From positions 138,658-202,657 of the forward strand of contig JBBRSP010000011.1 of assembly GCA_038245295.1 (NCBI GenBank): a stretch of DNA of 64,000 nt, in the 5' to 3' direction. Shown here one piece after another: positions 49,164 through 59,292 of the stretch; position 1 is the first letter of the stretch; the number at the start of each line of letters is the position of its first letter. The translations under genes were made by a program, and so were the position numbers. The notes beneath the pieces were generated by a model that saw nothing but the letters and a program-made list of their open reading frames with translations, was not told the DNA's origin and made no database searches. Origin of the DNA: Candidatus Binatia bacterium (GTDB taxonomy: Bacteria; Desulfobacterota; Binatia; HRBIN30).

Positions 49164-50318
49164 TTAACGACGGCGTCGCAGCAGGCCCATCACCGCCGCT
49201 CCAATCAGGAGACCCAGGCTACCTGCTCCATCAGTGCTCCCGACCGGTTGCAGGGCACAGCTGCCACCCTGTTGATAAACTGTTTTGTGAATGATGTAGG
49301 GCGTTGGCGAGAAGGGCGCCCGCACGGTCACCACAGCGCCCGCGCCAACCGTTTGCACCAGCGCCTTGTCGAGCGTTAGCGTGTGGCCGTCCGCGACGCG
49401 TGTGTAGAGAAGCTGCTCGATGCTCGAGTCGATGGAGATCGTGCCACGATCCGGAAATCGCGTGTTGTCGTCCACCACCAACGTGTGGCTGCCCGCCAGC
49501 GCGTTCTGACTCACCAGCGCGGTGAGATTGCCGGTGCTGTCCGGTGTCTTGCTGCGTGTCGCCGTTGCGGTAAGGCCCGGGGCAGCCGTTCGAGTCCGCG
49601 TTGGTGTGGTGGAAGGCGGCTGCGAGCCGGTCCTGGTCGGCGTTCGCGTCGCTGTCGGTACAATCGTGCGTGAGGTTGCTGTTGGCGTACGAGTCGCGCC
49701 AATGACCGTCGGTGTGCGTGTCGGCGTCGCAGAGGTGGGACAGTCGACCACCGGCGCTCGGCAGACACCAGAGGCGCCGCCCGTATTCGTGCAGTCGGCG
49801 TCGTTGAAACAGGTGAAGTCGGCGAAATCGCCGCCGTCGCAGAACTTGCCGGTGGCGCGACAACTCGAGGCGGTGCACTGATCATCACTCAGGCAGCCAA
49901 AACCCTTGTCGCTGCCGCTGATGCAGACCTTGTACGACCCGACACAGGCGATGCCTGTACCGCAGGTGCCTCCGCCATCGGTGTTGGTGCACGCCTCCCC
50001 GTTGAAGGCACCACCGGTGCAGGTGCCGGCGGCGCTGCAGGTGCCGCCAGGGCAGTCGCACGGGAACGAGTCGAAGTCACCGCCGTTACAGACGCCTTGC
50101 ACAAGGACGCAAGCGCCGAAACTGCTGGGGCAACTGACGAAGCAGTCGTCATCTCCGGCGGGGCAAGCCTGGCCGTCCTTCGGACCACCCGAGCACAGGA
50201 AGTCCTGCGCTCGCGCCGGAAGCGTCAACGCCCCCACGGTGATCAGCCCCGTCAACAAACACCCTAAGGTCCAACGCAATGTGTTCTTCACGATCGTTTC
50301 TCGGCTCCCCGGTTTCAT
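49164..50318 (-). CDS. Cys-rich secreted protein with PT linker and MYXO-CTERM-like sorting tail
   Basis: Signal peptide (ARA-Q); about five C.GG...G..C repeats; GGSCAL...LGLLIGAAVMGLLRRRR end. Confidence 0.85.
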   Translation of the reverse strand: MKPGSRETIVKNTLRWTLGCLLTGLITVGALTLPARAQDFLCSGGPKDGQACPAGDDDCFVSCPSSFGACVLVQGVCNGGDFDSFPCDCPGGTCSAAGTCTGGAFNGEACTNTDGGGTCGTGIACVGSYKVCISGSDKGFGCLSDDQCTASSCRATGKFCDGGDFADFTCFNDADCTNTGGASGVCRAPVVDCPTSATPTRTPTVIGATRTPTATSRTIVPTATRTPTRTGSQPPSTTPTRTRTAAPGLTATATRSKTPDSTGNLTALVSQNALAGSHTLVVDDNTRFPDRGTISIDSSIEQLLYTRVADGHTLTLDKALVQTVGAGAVVTVRAPFSPTPYIIHKTVYQQGGSCALQPVGSTDGAGSLGLLIGAAVMGLLRRRR

Positions 50319-50416
50319 CCTGTCTCCTCGATCGTTTAGTCGACCGAAAAGAGCACAGCGGCCCTATGAGATCGAGGTCTTATTGTTTCTTTCCTCGATT
50401 TGTCAAACGCATAATC

Positions 50417-50728
50417 CTACCCGGAATTCTTCGACTCTTTCTTATAGCGCGAGATGCGGACTTTGTGAGGCTTGGTGAACCATCGGTTGGCCCGCCCCAC
50501 CAAGGGCGTGCGCACCAGGTGTTCATCCATTGTCTGGGCCAAAACCTCGAACGCGTCGGCCGGCACCTTGGCGAGTGCCTCGATCTCCAACGGTGATAAG
50601 CGGAGCCGGGCTTCGATGCAGACGCGTACCGGATCCTGGTAGAACCGCACGCGGAACTCTTCGTCGGTCACCAGACGACCGATGATCATTTCGATGTCGC
50701 GCATCGCCATGTTGAGTCGTTGCCCCAT
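50417..50728 (-). CDS. Os1348-family / NHLP-clan leader-like small protein
   Basis: IE.IIGRLVTDEEFR.RF..DP.......LSPLEIEAL; start 50728 or 50710. Confidence 0.7.
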   Translation of the reverse strand: MGQRLNMAMRDIEMIIGRLVTDEEFRVRFYQDPVRVCIEARLRLSPLEIEALAKVPADAFEVLAQTMDEHLVRTPLVGRANRWFTKPHKVRISRYKKESKNSG

Positions 50729-50862
50729 ATCACCAGTGGCGCCGCTGGTGCTACCGCCCGCGCCGCGACGATTACGGAAAATAACCGACGTGCGTTGACA
50801 TCGCCGGACGCCTAAGGAAGAGCAAAAGACCGCCTTGTGCGGAGCCCTGGAGGACGTTTGCC

Positions 50863-52212
50863 ATGAGTGAATACAGCGCTTGGTTCGAGTGCATCAACGG
50901 TTGCCCGACTCGGTTCAATCTGACCGAGATCATCTATCGCTGCCCGACGTGTGGCGACCTGCTCGACGTGGTGCACGACACGGTGGCCCTGCGCCGACGC
51001 TCCTCCGCCGCCTGGATGCAGCTGTTCGACGAGCGCTACCGCCGCAACGACTTCCCCTACGGTTCGGGCGTGTGGGGCAAGAAGGAGTGGGTCGTCCCAT
51101 TCCTCGACAATGAGAACGTCGTCTCGACCTACGAGGGCGGCACCAACCTTCTATGGGCCGAACGCTACGGCCGCATGCTCGGTGTCGAAGATCTGTGGGT
51201 CAAGCAGTGCGGCAACTCGCATACCGGATCGTTCAAAGACCTGGGCATGACCGTGCTCGTGTCGGTGGTAAAGCAGATGATCGCCGAGGGCCAGAACATC
51301 GCCGCCATCGCCTGTGCCTCGACGGGGGATACGTCGGCGGCGCTGGCAAACTACTGTGCCGCCGCCGGCATCCCCGCCGTCGTCTTGCTGCCGCGCGACA
51401 AGGTGTCGCCGGCGCAGCTCGTGCAACCAATCGCCAATGGTGCGCTGGTGCTCAGTCTCGATACCGACTTCGACGGCTGTATGGCTCTCGTGCAGGAGAT
51501 CACCAAAGAGAAGACCGTCTACCTGGCCAACTCGATGAACAGTCTGCGCCTCGAAGGCCAGAAGACCGTCGCCATCGAACTTGTCCAGCAGTTCAACTGG
51601 GAAGTGCCCGACTGGGTCGTGATCCCTGGGGGCAACCTCGGCAACGTCAGCGCTCTCGGTAAAGGCTTCCTCCTGATGAAGGAGCTCGGCCTGATCCAGA
51701 AGTTGCCGCGCATTGCCGTGGCACAGGCCGCCAACGCCAACCCGCTCTACCTGTCGTATTTGAAACATTTCGAATCGTTCGAAGCGGTTACCGCCAAGAA
51801 GACTCTCGCCAGCGCCATCCAGATCGGCAATCCGGTCAGTTACAAGCGCGCCATCCGTGCTCTGCAGCAATTTGACGGCGTCGTGGAGGAAGCGACCGAA
51901 GCCGAGCTCGCCGATGAGGCCGCTCTTGCCGATCGCACCGGCATGTTCAATTGCCCGCACACCGGCGTCGCCCTGGCGGTCTTCCGCAAGCTCGTCGAGC
52001 GCAAGACGATCAAGTCGAATCAACGCGTCGTCGTCATCTCGACGGCCCATGGCCTGAAGTTCGCCGAGCAGAAGACGAACTATCATCTCGATCGCATCGA
52101 GGGTGTGAAGCCGCGTTATGCCAATCGGCCGGTGGACACCGAGGCCAATTTGAAGAAAGTGCTCGAAACCATCCGGCGCTTCTCCGACAAAAGCCGGCTC
52201 CTGGAGGCGTGA
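50863..52212 (+). CDS. thrC: Threonine synthase (plant-type subfamily)
   Basis: [22 protein letters not shown] (PLP Lys), [22 protein letters not shown]. Confidence 0.95.
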   Translation: MSEYSAWFECINGCPTRFNLTEIIYRCPTCGDLLDVVHDTVALRRRSSAAWMQLFDERYRRNDFPYGSGVWGKKEWVVPFLDNENVVSTYEGGTNLLWAERYGRMLGVEDLWVKQCGNSHTGSFKDLGMTVLVSVVKQMIAEGQNIAAIACASTGDTSAALANYCAAAGIPAVVLLPRDKVSPAQLVQPIANGALVLSLDTDFDGCMALVQEITKEKTVYLANSMNSLRLEGQKTVAIELVQQFNWEVPDWVVIPGGNLGNVSALGKGFLLMKELGLIQKLPRIAVAQAANANPLYLSYLKHFESFEAVTAKKTLASAIQIGNPVSYKRAIRALQQFDGVVEEATEAELADEAALADRTGMFNCPHTGVALAVFRKLVERKTIKSNQRVVVISTAHGLKFAEQKTNYHLDRIEGVKPRYANRPVDTEANLKKVLETIRRFSDKSRLLEA

Positions 52213-52214
52213 TC

Positions 52215-53417
52215 GTGGCGAAGTCAGAAGATCTATCCCAGACGCGGGCCGGCGGCCCCAGTACGTGTGCGGTGCACGGCGGCGAAGCGCGCGCCAAGCT
52301 CGGCAATGCCATCACGGAGCCGATCGTTCAGACCGCGACGTACACCTTCGCCAACTCGCAGGAGATCTGTGATCACTTCGAAGGTCGTATCGAGCGCGAG
52401 GAGTACGGTCGCTACGGCAACCCGACGCAGGCGGTGGCGGAACGCAAGCTGGCCGCCCTAGAAGGGGCCGAGGCCGCGTTGCTGTTTTCCAGCGGTATGG
52501 CGGCCATCACGACGACGCTTTTCGCGATGTTGTCGAAGGGCGCCCATGTCGTCGTGACCGACGATGCCTATCGGCGCACGCGACAGTTCTTGAACCAGAT
52601 CTTGCGTCGCTACGGTGTCGAGGTGTCGACGATTCCGGCCGGCGACTACACGCGTATGGAGGAGGCGATCAAAGGCACGACCCGCCTGTTGTTCAGCGAG
52701 TCGCCGACCAACCCTTACAACCGCGTCCTCGATCTCGAACGGGTCGCCGAGATTGGCCGGCGGCATCGCATCAAGACGGTGATCGATTCGACGTTCGCCA
52801 CACCCATCAACCAGCGGCCGCTCGAGTTCGGCATCGATCTGGTAATCCATTCGGCCACCAAGTACCTCGGTGGTCACAACGATCTGATGGCCGGCGCGGT
52901 GTGTGGATCGGAAGCATTGATCGGCGGCATTCGCGATCTGCAAGGTGTCACCGGCGCGGTTCCCGATCCGTTCGCCGCGTATCTCCTGATTCGCGGCATC
53001 AAGACCCTGGCCTTGCGCGTCGAACGGCAGAATCGCAACGCCGAGACTGTGGCCGACTTCCTGGCCGGTCACCCGAAGATCGCTCAAGTGCACTACCCGA
53101 GTCTGAAGTCTCACCCCGAGCACGAGATCGCCAAACGGCAAATGAAAGGTTTCGGCGGCGTCGTCTCTTTCGAAGTCAAAGGCGACCTGCAAGCCGCCTC
53201 GCGCCTGGTCGACGCGTGCCGCATCCCGCGCATCGCTCCATCGCTGGGTGGTGTCGAAAGTCTCATCGAGCAGCCGGCGTTGATGAGCTTCTACGAGCTG
53301 ACGACCGAAGAGCGGTTGCAGGTCGGCATCAAGGACAGCCTCGTGCGTTACTCGGTGGGCATCGAAGACGCGGACGATCTGGTCGCCGATCTGCGCCAAG
53401 CCCTCGAATCCGTTTAG
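52215..53417 (+). CDS. Cystathionine gamma-synthase-like PLP enzyme (plant-type)
   Basis: YGRYGNPT, SGMAA, ESPTNP, HSATKYLGGHND, IAPSLGGVESL; GGAGG RBS within the end of thrC. Confidence 0.88.
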   Translation: MAKSEDLSQTRAGGPSTCAVHGGEARAKLGNAITEPIVQTATYTFANSQEICDHFEGRIEREEYGRYGNPTQAVAERKLAALEGAEAALLFSSGMAAITTTLFAMLSKGAHVVVTDDAYRRTRQFLNQILRRYGVEVSTIPAGDYTRMEEAIKGTTRLLFSESPTNPYNRVLDLERVAEIGRRHRIKTVIDSTFATPINQRPLEFGIDLVIHSATKYLGGHNDLMAGAVCGSEALIGGIRDLQGVTGAVPDPFAAYLLIRGIKTLALRVERQNRNAETVADFLAGHPKIAQVHYPSLKSHPEHEIAKRQMKGFGGVVSFEVKGDLQAASRLVDACRIPRIAPSLGGVESLIEQPALMSFYELTTEERLQVGIKDSLVRYSVGIEDADDLVADLRQALESV

Positions 53418-53452
53418 GAGGAGGGCTTTTGCGCACTCATTCGCATTGGCGG

Positions 53453-53555
53453 CGCAGGCTAAAGCCTGCGGCGACCCGTTTCGATTTCGCCCGCGTGATA
53501 CGCGCAAGCTTTAGCCTGCAGGCTCAGCATGGTAGGCGCAGGCTTCAGCCTGCGG
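53453..53555. repeat. Cluster of three GTAG-type REPs (GGTAGGCGCAGGCTTCAGCCTGCG family)
   Basis: cgcaggctaaagcctgcg; gcaagctttagcctgc; ggtaggcgcaggcttcagcctgcgg. Confidence 0.75.
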
Positions 53556-53589
53556 TTAGTGTTGAATCGGGAATCGGCGGGAGAGCTCA

Positions 53590-55266
53590 ATGAACTACGA
53601 CCTCAAGATCACCAACGGAACCATCATCGATGGCACCGGCAGCGCCGGATACCGCGGCGATCTCGGTGTGAGCGACGGTCACGTCGTGGCGCTCGGTCAG
53701 GCTCCGGGCGACGCCGCGCAAACGATCGATGCGCAGGGCAGGGTGGTGGCGCCGGGGTTCGTCGATATCCATACGCATTACGATGCGCAGGTCCTGTGGG
53801 ATCGTATGCTGAGCATCTCGCCGTGGCACGGTGTGACCACCGCGGTGATCGGCAACTGCGGCTTTGGCGTCGCGCCAACGCGCCCCGCCGATCGATCCCG
53901 CATCTTGCGCACTCTCGAGAAGGTCGAGGGTATGAGCTTCGAGGCCCTCGAAGCCGGCATCGGCGCCGAGTGGCCGTTCGAATCGTTCCCCGAATATCTC
54001 GATACGCTCGATCGCGGCGGCATGGCGATCAATCTTGCGACGTTGGTTGGTCATACGCCGGTACGCCTCTTCGTCATGGGCGAGGCGGCTACGGAACGTC
54101 CAGCCACTGCGGATGAAGTCGCCCAAATGAAGCGTCTGGTGCGCGAAGCAATCGACGCCGGCGCCATCGGCTTCGCCAGCTCCAAGGCGCCGACTCACGT
54201 CGGCTACGCCGGCAAACCGGTTCCGAGTCGGGTTGCTGAGTTCGACGAGTTGGTGACGATCGCCGGCGCGTTGCGCGAGGCCGGGCGAGGGATCATTCAG
54301 GCGACCGTCGGCCCGGGTTTGTTCTTCGACGAGTTTGCTCATCTGACCGAGCAGGTGGGGCGGCCGTTGACGTGGACCGCGCTGCTGGCCGGAATGCTCG
54401 GACCCGATTCGCACCGGTTCTTGCTCGAGCGCAGCGCCGCTCTGGTAGCCAGCGGCCATATGGTGGTACCGCAGGTGAGCTGCCGTCCGCTGATTTTCGA
54501 TTTCGACATGCGCGAGCCGTTTGCGTTCGAAAGCTTGCCGACGTTCCATCCGGTATCGGCAGCCGACTTCGCCGGCAAGAAGCGGCTGTACGCCGATGCC
54601 GGGTTCCGTCAAACTCTCAAGGATACCTTTGGCTCGCCGATGGCCGGGCCCTTCGCCGGCAGCGGCGACCGCATCTGGGTATCGTCGAACCCGCTCGATC
54701 CGTCGATCGAGCAGCGGTCGCTCGCCGACCTCTCGGCCGAACGCAACGTCGACCCCGTCGATCTGCTCCTCGACCTGTCGTTAGCCTCCGATCTCAAGAC
54801 GCGCTTCCGTATGGCGCTCCTCAATTACCAGGAGGATGCCGTCGCCGAGTTGCTGCAAGACAAACATACGGTGCTCGGCCTGTCGGATGCCGGCGCCCAC
54901 GCCAATCAGTTGTGTGATGCGTGTTTCTCGACCCATCTCCTCGGCCACTGGGTGCGCGACAAGAAGGTGCTGTCGATCGAGGAGGGTGTGAGGATGCTGA
55001 CGTCACGGCCGGCCGAGGTGGCCGGCATCAAAGATCGCGGTCGGCTCGAGGTCGGGTTGCCGGCCGACGTGGTCGTCTTCGATCCGCAGACGGTTGCCGC
55101 GACGGCGCTGCGGCGAGTGCACGATCTCCCGGCCGGGGCCGACCGCCTGGTGGCCGATGCGATTGGCATCGATGCCGTGATCGTCAACGGCACGCTTCTG
55201 CGCCGCAATGGGAAGGACGTGCTCGACGCGGCCGGTCGTTTGCCTGGGCGGTTGCTCAGAAGTTGA
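53590..55266 (+). CDS. Amidohydrolase (N-acyl-D-amino-acid deacylase family)
   Basis: PGFVDIHTHYD, GVTT..GNCG, SDAGAH, DRGRL..G..AD.V.FDP. Confidence 0.9.
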   Translation: MNYDLKITNGTIIDGTGSAGYRGDLGVSDGHVVALGQAPGDAAQTIDAQGRVVAPGFVDIHTHYDAQVLWDRMLSISPWHGVTTAVIGNCGFGVAPTRPADRSRILRTLEKVEGMSFEALEAGIGAEWPFESFPEYLDTLDRGGMAINLATLVGHTPVRLFVMGEAATERPATADEVAQMKRLVREAIDAGAIGFASSKAPTHVGYAGKPVPSRVAEFDELVTIAGALREAGRGIIQATVGPGLFFDEFAHLTEQVGRPLTWTALLAGMLGPDSHRFLLERSAALVASGHMVVPQVSCRPLIFDFDMREPFAFESLPTFHPVSAADFAGKKRLYADAGFRQTLKDTFGSPMAGPFAGSGDRIWVSSNPLDPSIEQRSLADLSAERNVDPVDLLLDLSLASDLKTRFRMALLNYQEDAVAELLQDKHTVLGLSDAGAHANQLCDACFSTHLLGHWVRDKKVLSIEEGVRMLTSRPAEVAGIKDRGRLEVGLPADVVVFDPQTVAATALRRVHDLPAGADRLVADAIGIDAVIVNGTLLRRNGKDVLDAAGRLPGRLLRS

Positions 55267-56012
55267 CGGCCAGGAACAAACCGGCCAAGCGTCGGCGTCA
55301 GCCGTCGAAAAGCGCCGCGCGGCGTCCGAATGGATCAAAGCTGGACGCCGCACAGATGAGTGTAGCCGGCGCCTTGTTGTTGGCCCTTACGCTGCCGATC
55401 ACGATTGCCAACCTGGCGACGACGCCGACACGCGCCAACATCGAAGCCGCCGATCCCTTTGTGCGGTTGATCCTCGCTTTCGGCGCCGGGATCTGGCCGA
55501 TTGCGATTCTTGCCGCGGCGACCGGGGTGTATTGGTTGCGTGGCAGCAAGCGCTTGCCGAAGTTAGTCGTCACATGGACCCAGCCGCTGGCCATCGCTGC
55601 CGCGATAGGGGTTGTGCTGCCGCTGTTGCTGCGGCTGATTGGCGGGTCGAACCTACCCACCTTCTTTTCCGCGGACCAGAGCGCGCGGCCAGGAATGCCA
55701 TTCGGTCTGGCAGCCGTGCTGCTCGATGAAACGGTAGTGCGCATGCTCGTGTTGCCGGCCCTACTCGTCTTCCTGCGTCGACGCATGACGACGACGCCGG
55801 CAACCGCGGCGGCCGTCGTTCTCAGCGGGATGGTCTTCGCCCTGCTGCACGAAGTTGGACCGGCAGCGCACGTGTTCCACGGCGATCACTTCCTGCTGCG
55901 GTTCTTTCTGCCCGGGTGTGCTCTTAGCGCCGCCGCCGTGCTGTTCGGGGTGCCGATCGCTTTGACGGGACATCTCGTGGCCTACGTGATGTTGTGTCTG
56001 ATCTTCGCGTAG
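55263..56012 (+). CDS. Multi-TM protein, degenerate CPBP/CAAX-protease-like
   Basis: About 7 TM helices; LDETVVR, FALLH, GH; TTG overlaps the upstream stop (alternative ATG near 55356). Confidence 0.6.
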   Translation: MTARNKPAKRRRQPSKSAARRPNGSKLDAAQMSVAGALLLALTLPITIANLATTPTRANIEAADPFVRLILAFGAGIWPIAILAAATGVYWLRGSKRLPKLVVTWTQPLAIAAAIGVVLPLLLRLIGGSNLPTFFSADQSARPGMPFGLAAVLLDETVVRMLVLPALLVFLRRRMTTTPATAAAVVLSGMVFALLHEVGPAAHVFHGDHFLLRFFLPGCALSAAAVLFGVPIALTGHLVAYVMLCLIFA

Positions 56013-56023
56013 CGATCAGCTGG

Positions 56024-56102
56024 CCGCAGGCTGAAGCCTGCGCCTACCATGATGAGTACGCAGGTGGAATGGCAACCGGTAGGCGCAGGCTTCAGCCTGC
56101 GG
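56024..56102. repeat. Inverted doublet of the GTAG-type REP
   Basis: ccgcaggctgaagcctgcgcctacc and ggtaggcgcaggcttcagcctgcgg, matching the 53531-53555 copy. Confidence 0.8.
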
Positions 56103-56185
56103 TGTGGCCTGACAGGCGGCGCTTCCGTGCTGCGCCAGGGTACGGTAGGGTGCTGAGTCTCGACGCGTGAAGCCCTGGGTTCCAC

Positions 56186-56911
56186 ATGATCCGCTACCTA
56201 CTCGCCACAGCCGCCCTTTGTGCCCTGATTGTGGCCGGCGTCGTTCTCTTCAACCGCGGGCAACTCCGTTTCAACTATCCTCAACACAGCAAGTTCCCGG
56301 TGTGGGGCGTGGATGTCTCGCATCATCAAGGTCGCATCGATTGGCCACGGGTGCGCGCCGCCGGGTTTGAATTTGCGTTCATCAAGGCAAGTGAAGGTCA
56401 AAGTCTGCGCGACAAGGACTTCGCCGCCAACTGGGCTGCTGCCGAGAAAGCCGGCGTCAGCCGCGGCGCCTACCACTTCTTCACGTTCTGTACACCGGCG
56501 GCGTTGCAAGCGGCGAACTTCATTGCGGCGGTGCCCGCTGCCGCTTCGATGTTGCCACCGGCAGTCGATGTAGAGTTCTCCGGAAACTGCGCCAATCCAC
56601 CGCCGATTGCCCAGATTCGTAGCGAGTTGCAGATCCTCCTCATGCAACTCGAGTTGGCCTACGGGCGCAAGCCGATCCTGTACGTCACGCGTGACGCCTA
56701 CGCGCGTATCGTCGAAGGCGGTTTCGCTGATTATCCTCTGTGGGTGCGCAACGTGTTCTGGCGACCGCATGTAGCGACGCCGCATCGCTGGTTGTTCTGG
56801 CAGTTCGCCGATCGTAGCCGCATCGACGGTGTGCGGCGGCCGGTCGACCTGAACGTATTCCATGGATCGCGCGCGGCTTTCGATCTCTGCCTGACGCAGA
56901 GCTGCCCTTGA
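56186..56911 (+). CDS. GH25 lysozyme (muramidase)
   Basis: GVDVSHHQG.IDW, IKASEG, GAYHFF, PPAVDVE, W.FWQ, VDLN. Confidence 0.92.
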   Translation: MIRYLLATAALCALIVAGVVLFNRGQLRFNYPQHSKFPVWGVDVSHHQGRIDWPRVRAAGFEFAFIKASEGQSLRDKDFAANWAAAEKAGVSRGAYHFFTFCTPAALQAANFIAAVPAAASMLPPAVDVEFSGNCANPPPIAQIRSELQILLMQLELAYGRKPILYVTRDAYARIVEGGFADYPLWVRNVFWRPHVATPHRWLFWQFADRSRIDGVRRPVDLNVFHGSRAAFDLCLTQSCP

Positions 56912-56926
56912 ACGGAATGAACGCTT

Positions 56927-57373
56927 CTAGCGTTCGCCGCCACCCCAGTTGATCGAATCAACCAGACGCATGTCGACGTTGCGCAATCGTCCGGCCATCT
57001 GGACCAGCAGCTGCTGCAAGAGTTTCAGGGCGGCACTGGGGCAGGTCGTGCTCAGACGCGCCAGGGCGTCCTGATGAACGCGCAGGACGCGGCTGTCGCT
57101 CACGGCTTCGATGGTGGCGGTAGTCACGCCGGGGTCGAACAGACTAATCTCCCCGAACGCGGCACCGGGGTCGAGACGGGCCAGCAGGACACGTTTGCGG
57201 GCGCCTTTGCGATAGGCGTGCAGCAGGCCTTCGCGCACGATGAACAGTGAATCGTTATGTTGCCCGTGTTCAATGACATGTGTTCCCGCCGCGATGTTGA
57301 GCGTCTCGCCGCAGTCGATCAGAGCCTTGAGCTCGGTGTCGTCGAGTGTGGAGAGAATACCGATGCGTTCCAT
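56927..57373 (-). CDS. Cyclic nucleotide-binding domain protein
   Basis: G..N.SLFIV.EG, FGEISLFD...TATI. Confidence 0.85.
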   Translation of the reverse strand: MERIGILSTLDDTELKALIDCGETLNIAAGTHVIEHGQHNDSLFIVREGLLHAYRKGARKRVLLARLDPGAAFGEISLFDPGVTTATIEAVSDSRVLRVHQDALARLSTTCPSAALKLLQQLLVQMAGRLRNVDMRLVDSINWGGGER

Positions 57374-57487
57374 GCTTCGTCCCTTTCGGCGGAACGCGGA
57401 CTTCAACCGCGTCGTAACGGCTCGCGCTCACACTCACCCAACCCCAATGTCGTTAAGTTGGCGAGGGTGAGGGCCAATGCGTTGCCT

Positions 57488-57583
57488 CGTCATACCGGCG
57501 GAGGCCGGTATCCAGAGATGGAAGTTAAGCATAACGCGCAGGTTCTATTCCATCACTGGGTCCCGGCCTCCGCCGGGATGACG
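57488..57583. repeat. Intact inverted REP doublet of the CGTCAT.CCGGC family
   Basis: cgtcataccggcggaggccggtatcca ... tgggtcccggcctccgccgggatgacg. Confidence 0.8.
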
Positions 57584-57689
57584 CACTTCTCTCGCTAACT
57601 TGACGAAATTGATCCTAACCCTCTCCGGTTGGAGTCTACGCTCGAGGCGGGAGAGGGGAATTGACGGGGGCGAGCGCCGTCGATCGGGC

Positions 57690-58265
57690 CTACGCCATCA
57701 GCATGGCAATCTGCATCAGGAAGCCGAGATCACCCTCGACCTTGATACGCCCGGTCATGAACGCCTCCTGGCCGTTGAGCTTGCCGGTCTGCATATCGAG
57801 GAACTCCGAGAGCTTGAGCTTCATGAGAGTGCGCGGTGTGGCGGCGCCGTTGAAGCAGTTCTCGACGCGGAACGGGTCCATGCCTTCGCGCGCCAACTCC
57901 ATGGCCAGTGTGCCTTTGACGTTCTTGATCTGCGCCGTGTTATCTGGCTTGCCGGGGCGCGGTTGCGGGATGATCAAGCCGATGTTGGCGCCGTTCTGTC
58001 CGGTGACGGCATCGCGCCAGTCGTTGGTCGAGATCGTCATGCACACATGGGCGTCGTGTTTGCCCTTAATGACGTTCATCGCACCGTCGGCGATTGTGAT
58101 CGCCCATTCGCCGCCGCCATCACCAGTGAGGACGAACTGCATCTTCATCTCACGCGGCGTGACACTCGGGTTCTCCGCCTGCTGCGCCGCAAAACCCATC
58201 GGCATCATCTGCTCGAAGAACATCTCGGGGGTTACGTTGTCGGGGATGGGTAGTTGTTCCGCCAT
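57690..58265 (-). CDS. SCP2 sterol/lipid-binding domain protein (two SCP2-like units)
   Basis: F.LTGDGGGEW, G.LNGQEAFMTGRIKVEGD; AAGGAG RBS. Confidence 0.85.
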   Translation of the reverse strand: MAEQLPIPDNVTPEMFFEQMMPMGFAAQQAENPSVTPREMKMQFVLTGDGGGEWAITIADGAMNVIKGKHDAHVCMTISTNDWRDAVTGQNGANIGLIIPQPRPGKPDNTAQIKNVKGTLAMELAREGMDPFRVENCFNGAATPRTLMKLKLSEFLDMQTGKLNGQEAFMTGRIKVEGDLGFLMQIAMLMA

Positions 58266-58276
58266 GGAAAGCTCCT

Positions 58277-58340
58277 TCATTTGGCCATTTGGCCGTCTGT
58301 TCATTTGGCCGTCTGGTCATTTGGTTATTTGGCCATGTGG
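58277..58340. repeat. 8-bp tandem array, CCATTTGG family (8 units)
   Basis: tcatttgg ccatttgg ccgtctgt tcatttgg ccgtctgg tcatttgg ttatttgg ccatgtgg. Confidence 0.75.
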
Positions 58341-58491
58341 TCGGTGGCTTGCCGATTGTCGGCGCCATCGCTGCGATCGACGCACGTAATGCACATTGCG
58401 AACAATGACAAGACGTCGGAGTGCCAGAAGACGCGACCTGCCTGATGCTGTGATCGCAACGACGCGCCAACGGCCGAACGGTGGCCGAGCC

Positions 58492-59292
58492 TTACTCGTC
58501 GCGACGCGGCCGGATCAGCACCTCTTGCGACACCGTCGCCACATGCTGGCCCTGTTGGTTGAAGATCGAGCCGATCGACAGACCGCGTGTGCCGACGATG
58601 CCGTGGCAGGTGAAGTCGTGCAGGTGCCAGTCGTTGGCGCGGATCGATTGATGGAACCAGATGGCGTGATCGAGGCTCGCATTCCAGAAGCGACGTTCGC
58701 CGGAGTCGCGCGGGGCGCGGTTCGGATGGCGCGCCACGGCGGCGTCGGTTGGCAGATCGTCCGAGAGATAGGCGAGAGCGCAGGCATTGAGCAGCGGATC
58801 ATCGCCGATTGGTTCGAGCAAACGCAGCCAAGCGCCGACGCGTCCCGGGGCGATGTCGTTGCCCAGGAAGCGACGGTCGATCAGCGCCGTCCAACTATCG
58901 TTCGGCAAATCCTCCGCGGGTGTCACGGGCGGCAGGACTTCGGTCTGTACCTCGGCACCCGTTTCGGGCATCTGGAAGGACGACGACATGTTGAGGATGG
59001 CGCCGCCTGACTGAAGCGCGACGACGCGGCGGGTAAGGAAGCTGCGGCCGTTGCGGATGCGATCGACCTCGAGGCGGATCGGCTCCGACGCGTCACCCAG
59101 GCGGATGAAGTAGGCGTGCAACGAGTGCAACGCGAAGGCCGGATCAACCGTGAGGGAGGCGGCGCGCAACGCCTGGGCGATGATCTGCCCGCCGTAGAGC
59201 CCGCCCCACGGGTATTGGGGACCGGCGGCGACGAAGGTGTCTGGTCCGTGCGGCTCGAGAGCCATCATGCCGCGAAAGTCGTAGGAGTTCAT
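58492..59292 (-). CDS. tesB: Acyl-CoA thioesterase II (TesB family)
   Basis: YGGQIIAQAL, HSLHAYF, RNGRSF, LAYLSD, ASLDHAIWFH, SQE. Confidence 0.88.
   Translation of the reverse strand: MNSYDFRGMMALEPHGPDTFVAAGPQYPWGGLYGGQIIAQALRAASLTVDPAFALHSLHAYFIRLGDASEPIRLEVDRIRNGRSFLTRRVVALQSGGAILNMSSSFQMPETGAEVQTEVLPPVTPAEDLPNDSWTALIDRRFLGNDIAPGRVGAWLRLLEPIGDDPLLNACALAYLSDDLPTDAAVARHPNRAPRDSGERRFWNASLDHAIWFHQSIRANDWHLHDFTCHGIVGTRGLSIGSIFNQQGQHVATVSQEVLIRPRRDE

Noticed and set aside
56186..56911. Prophage endolysin
   Set aside because: GH25 with an N-terminal anchor, with no holin, structural or integrase genes nearby
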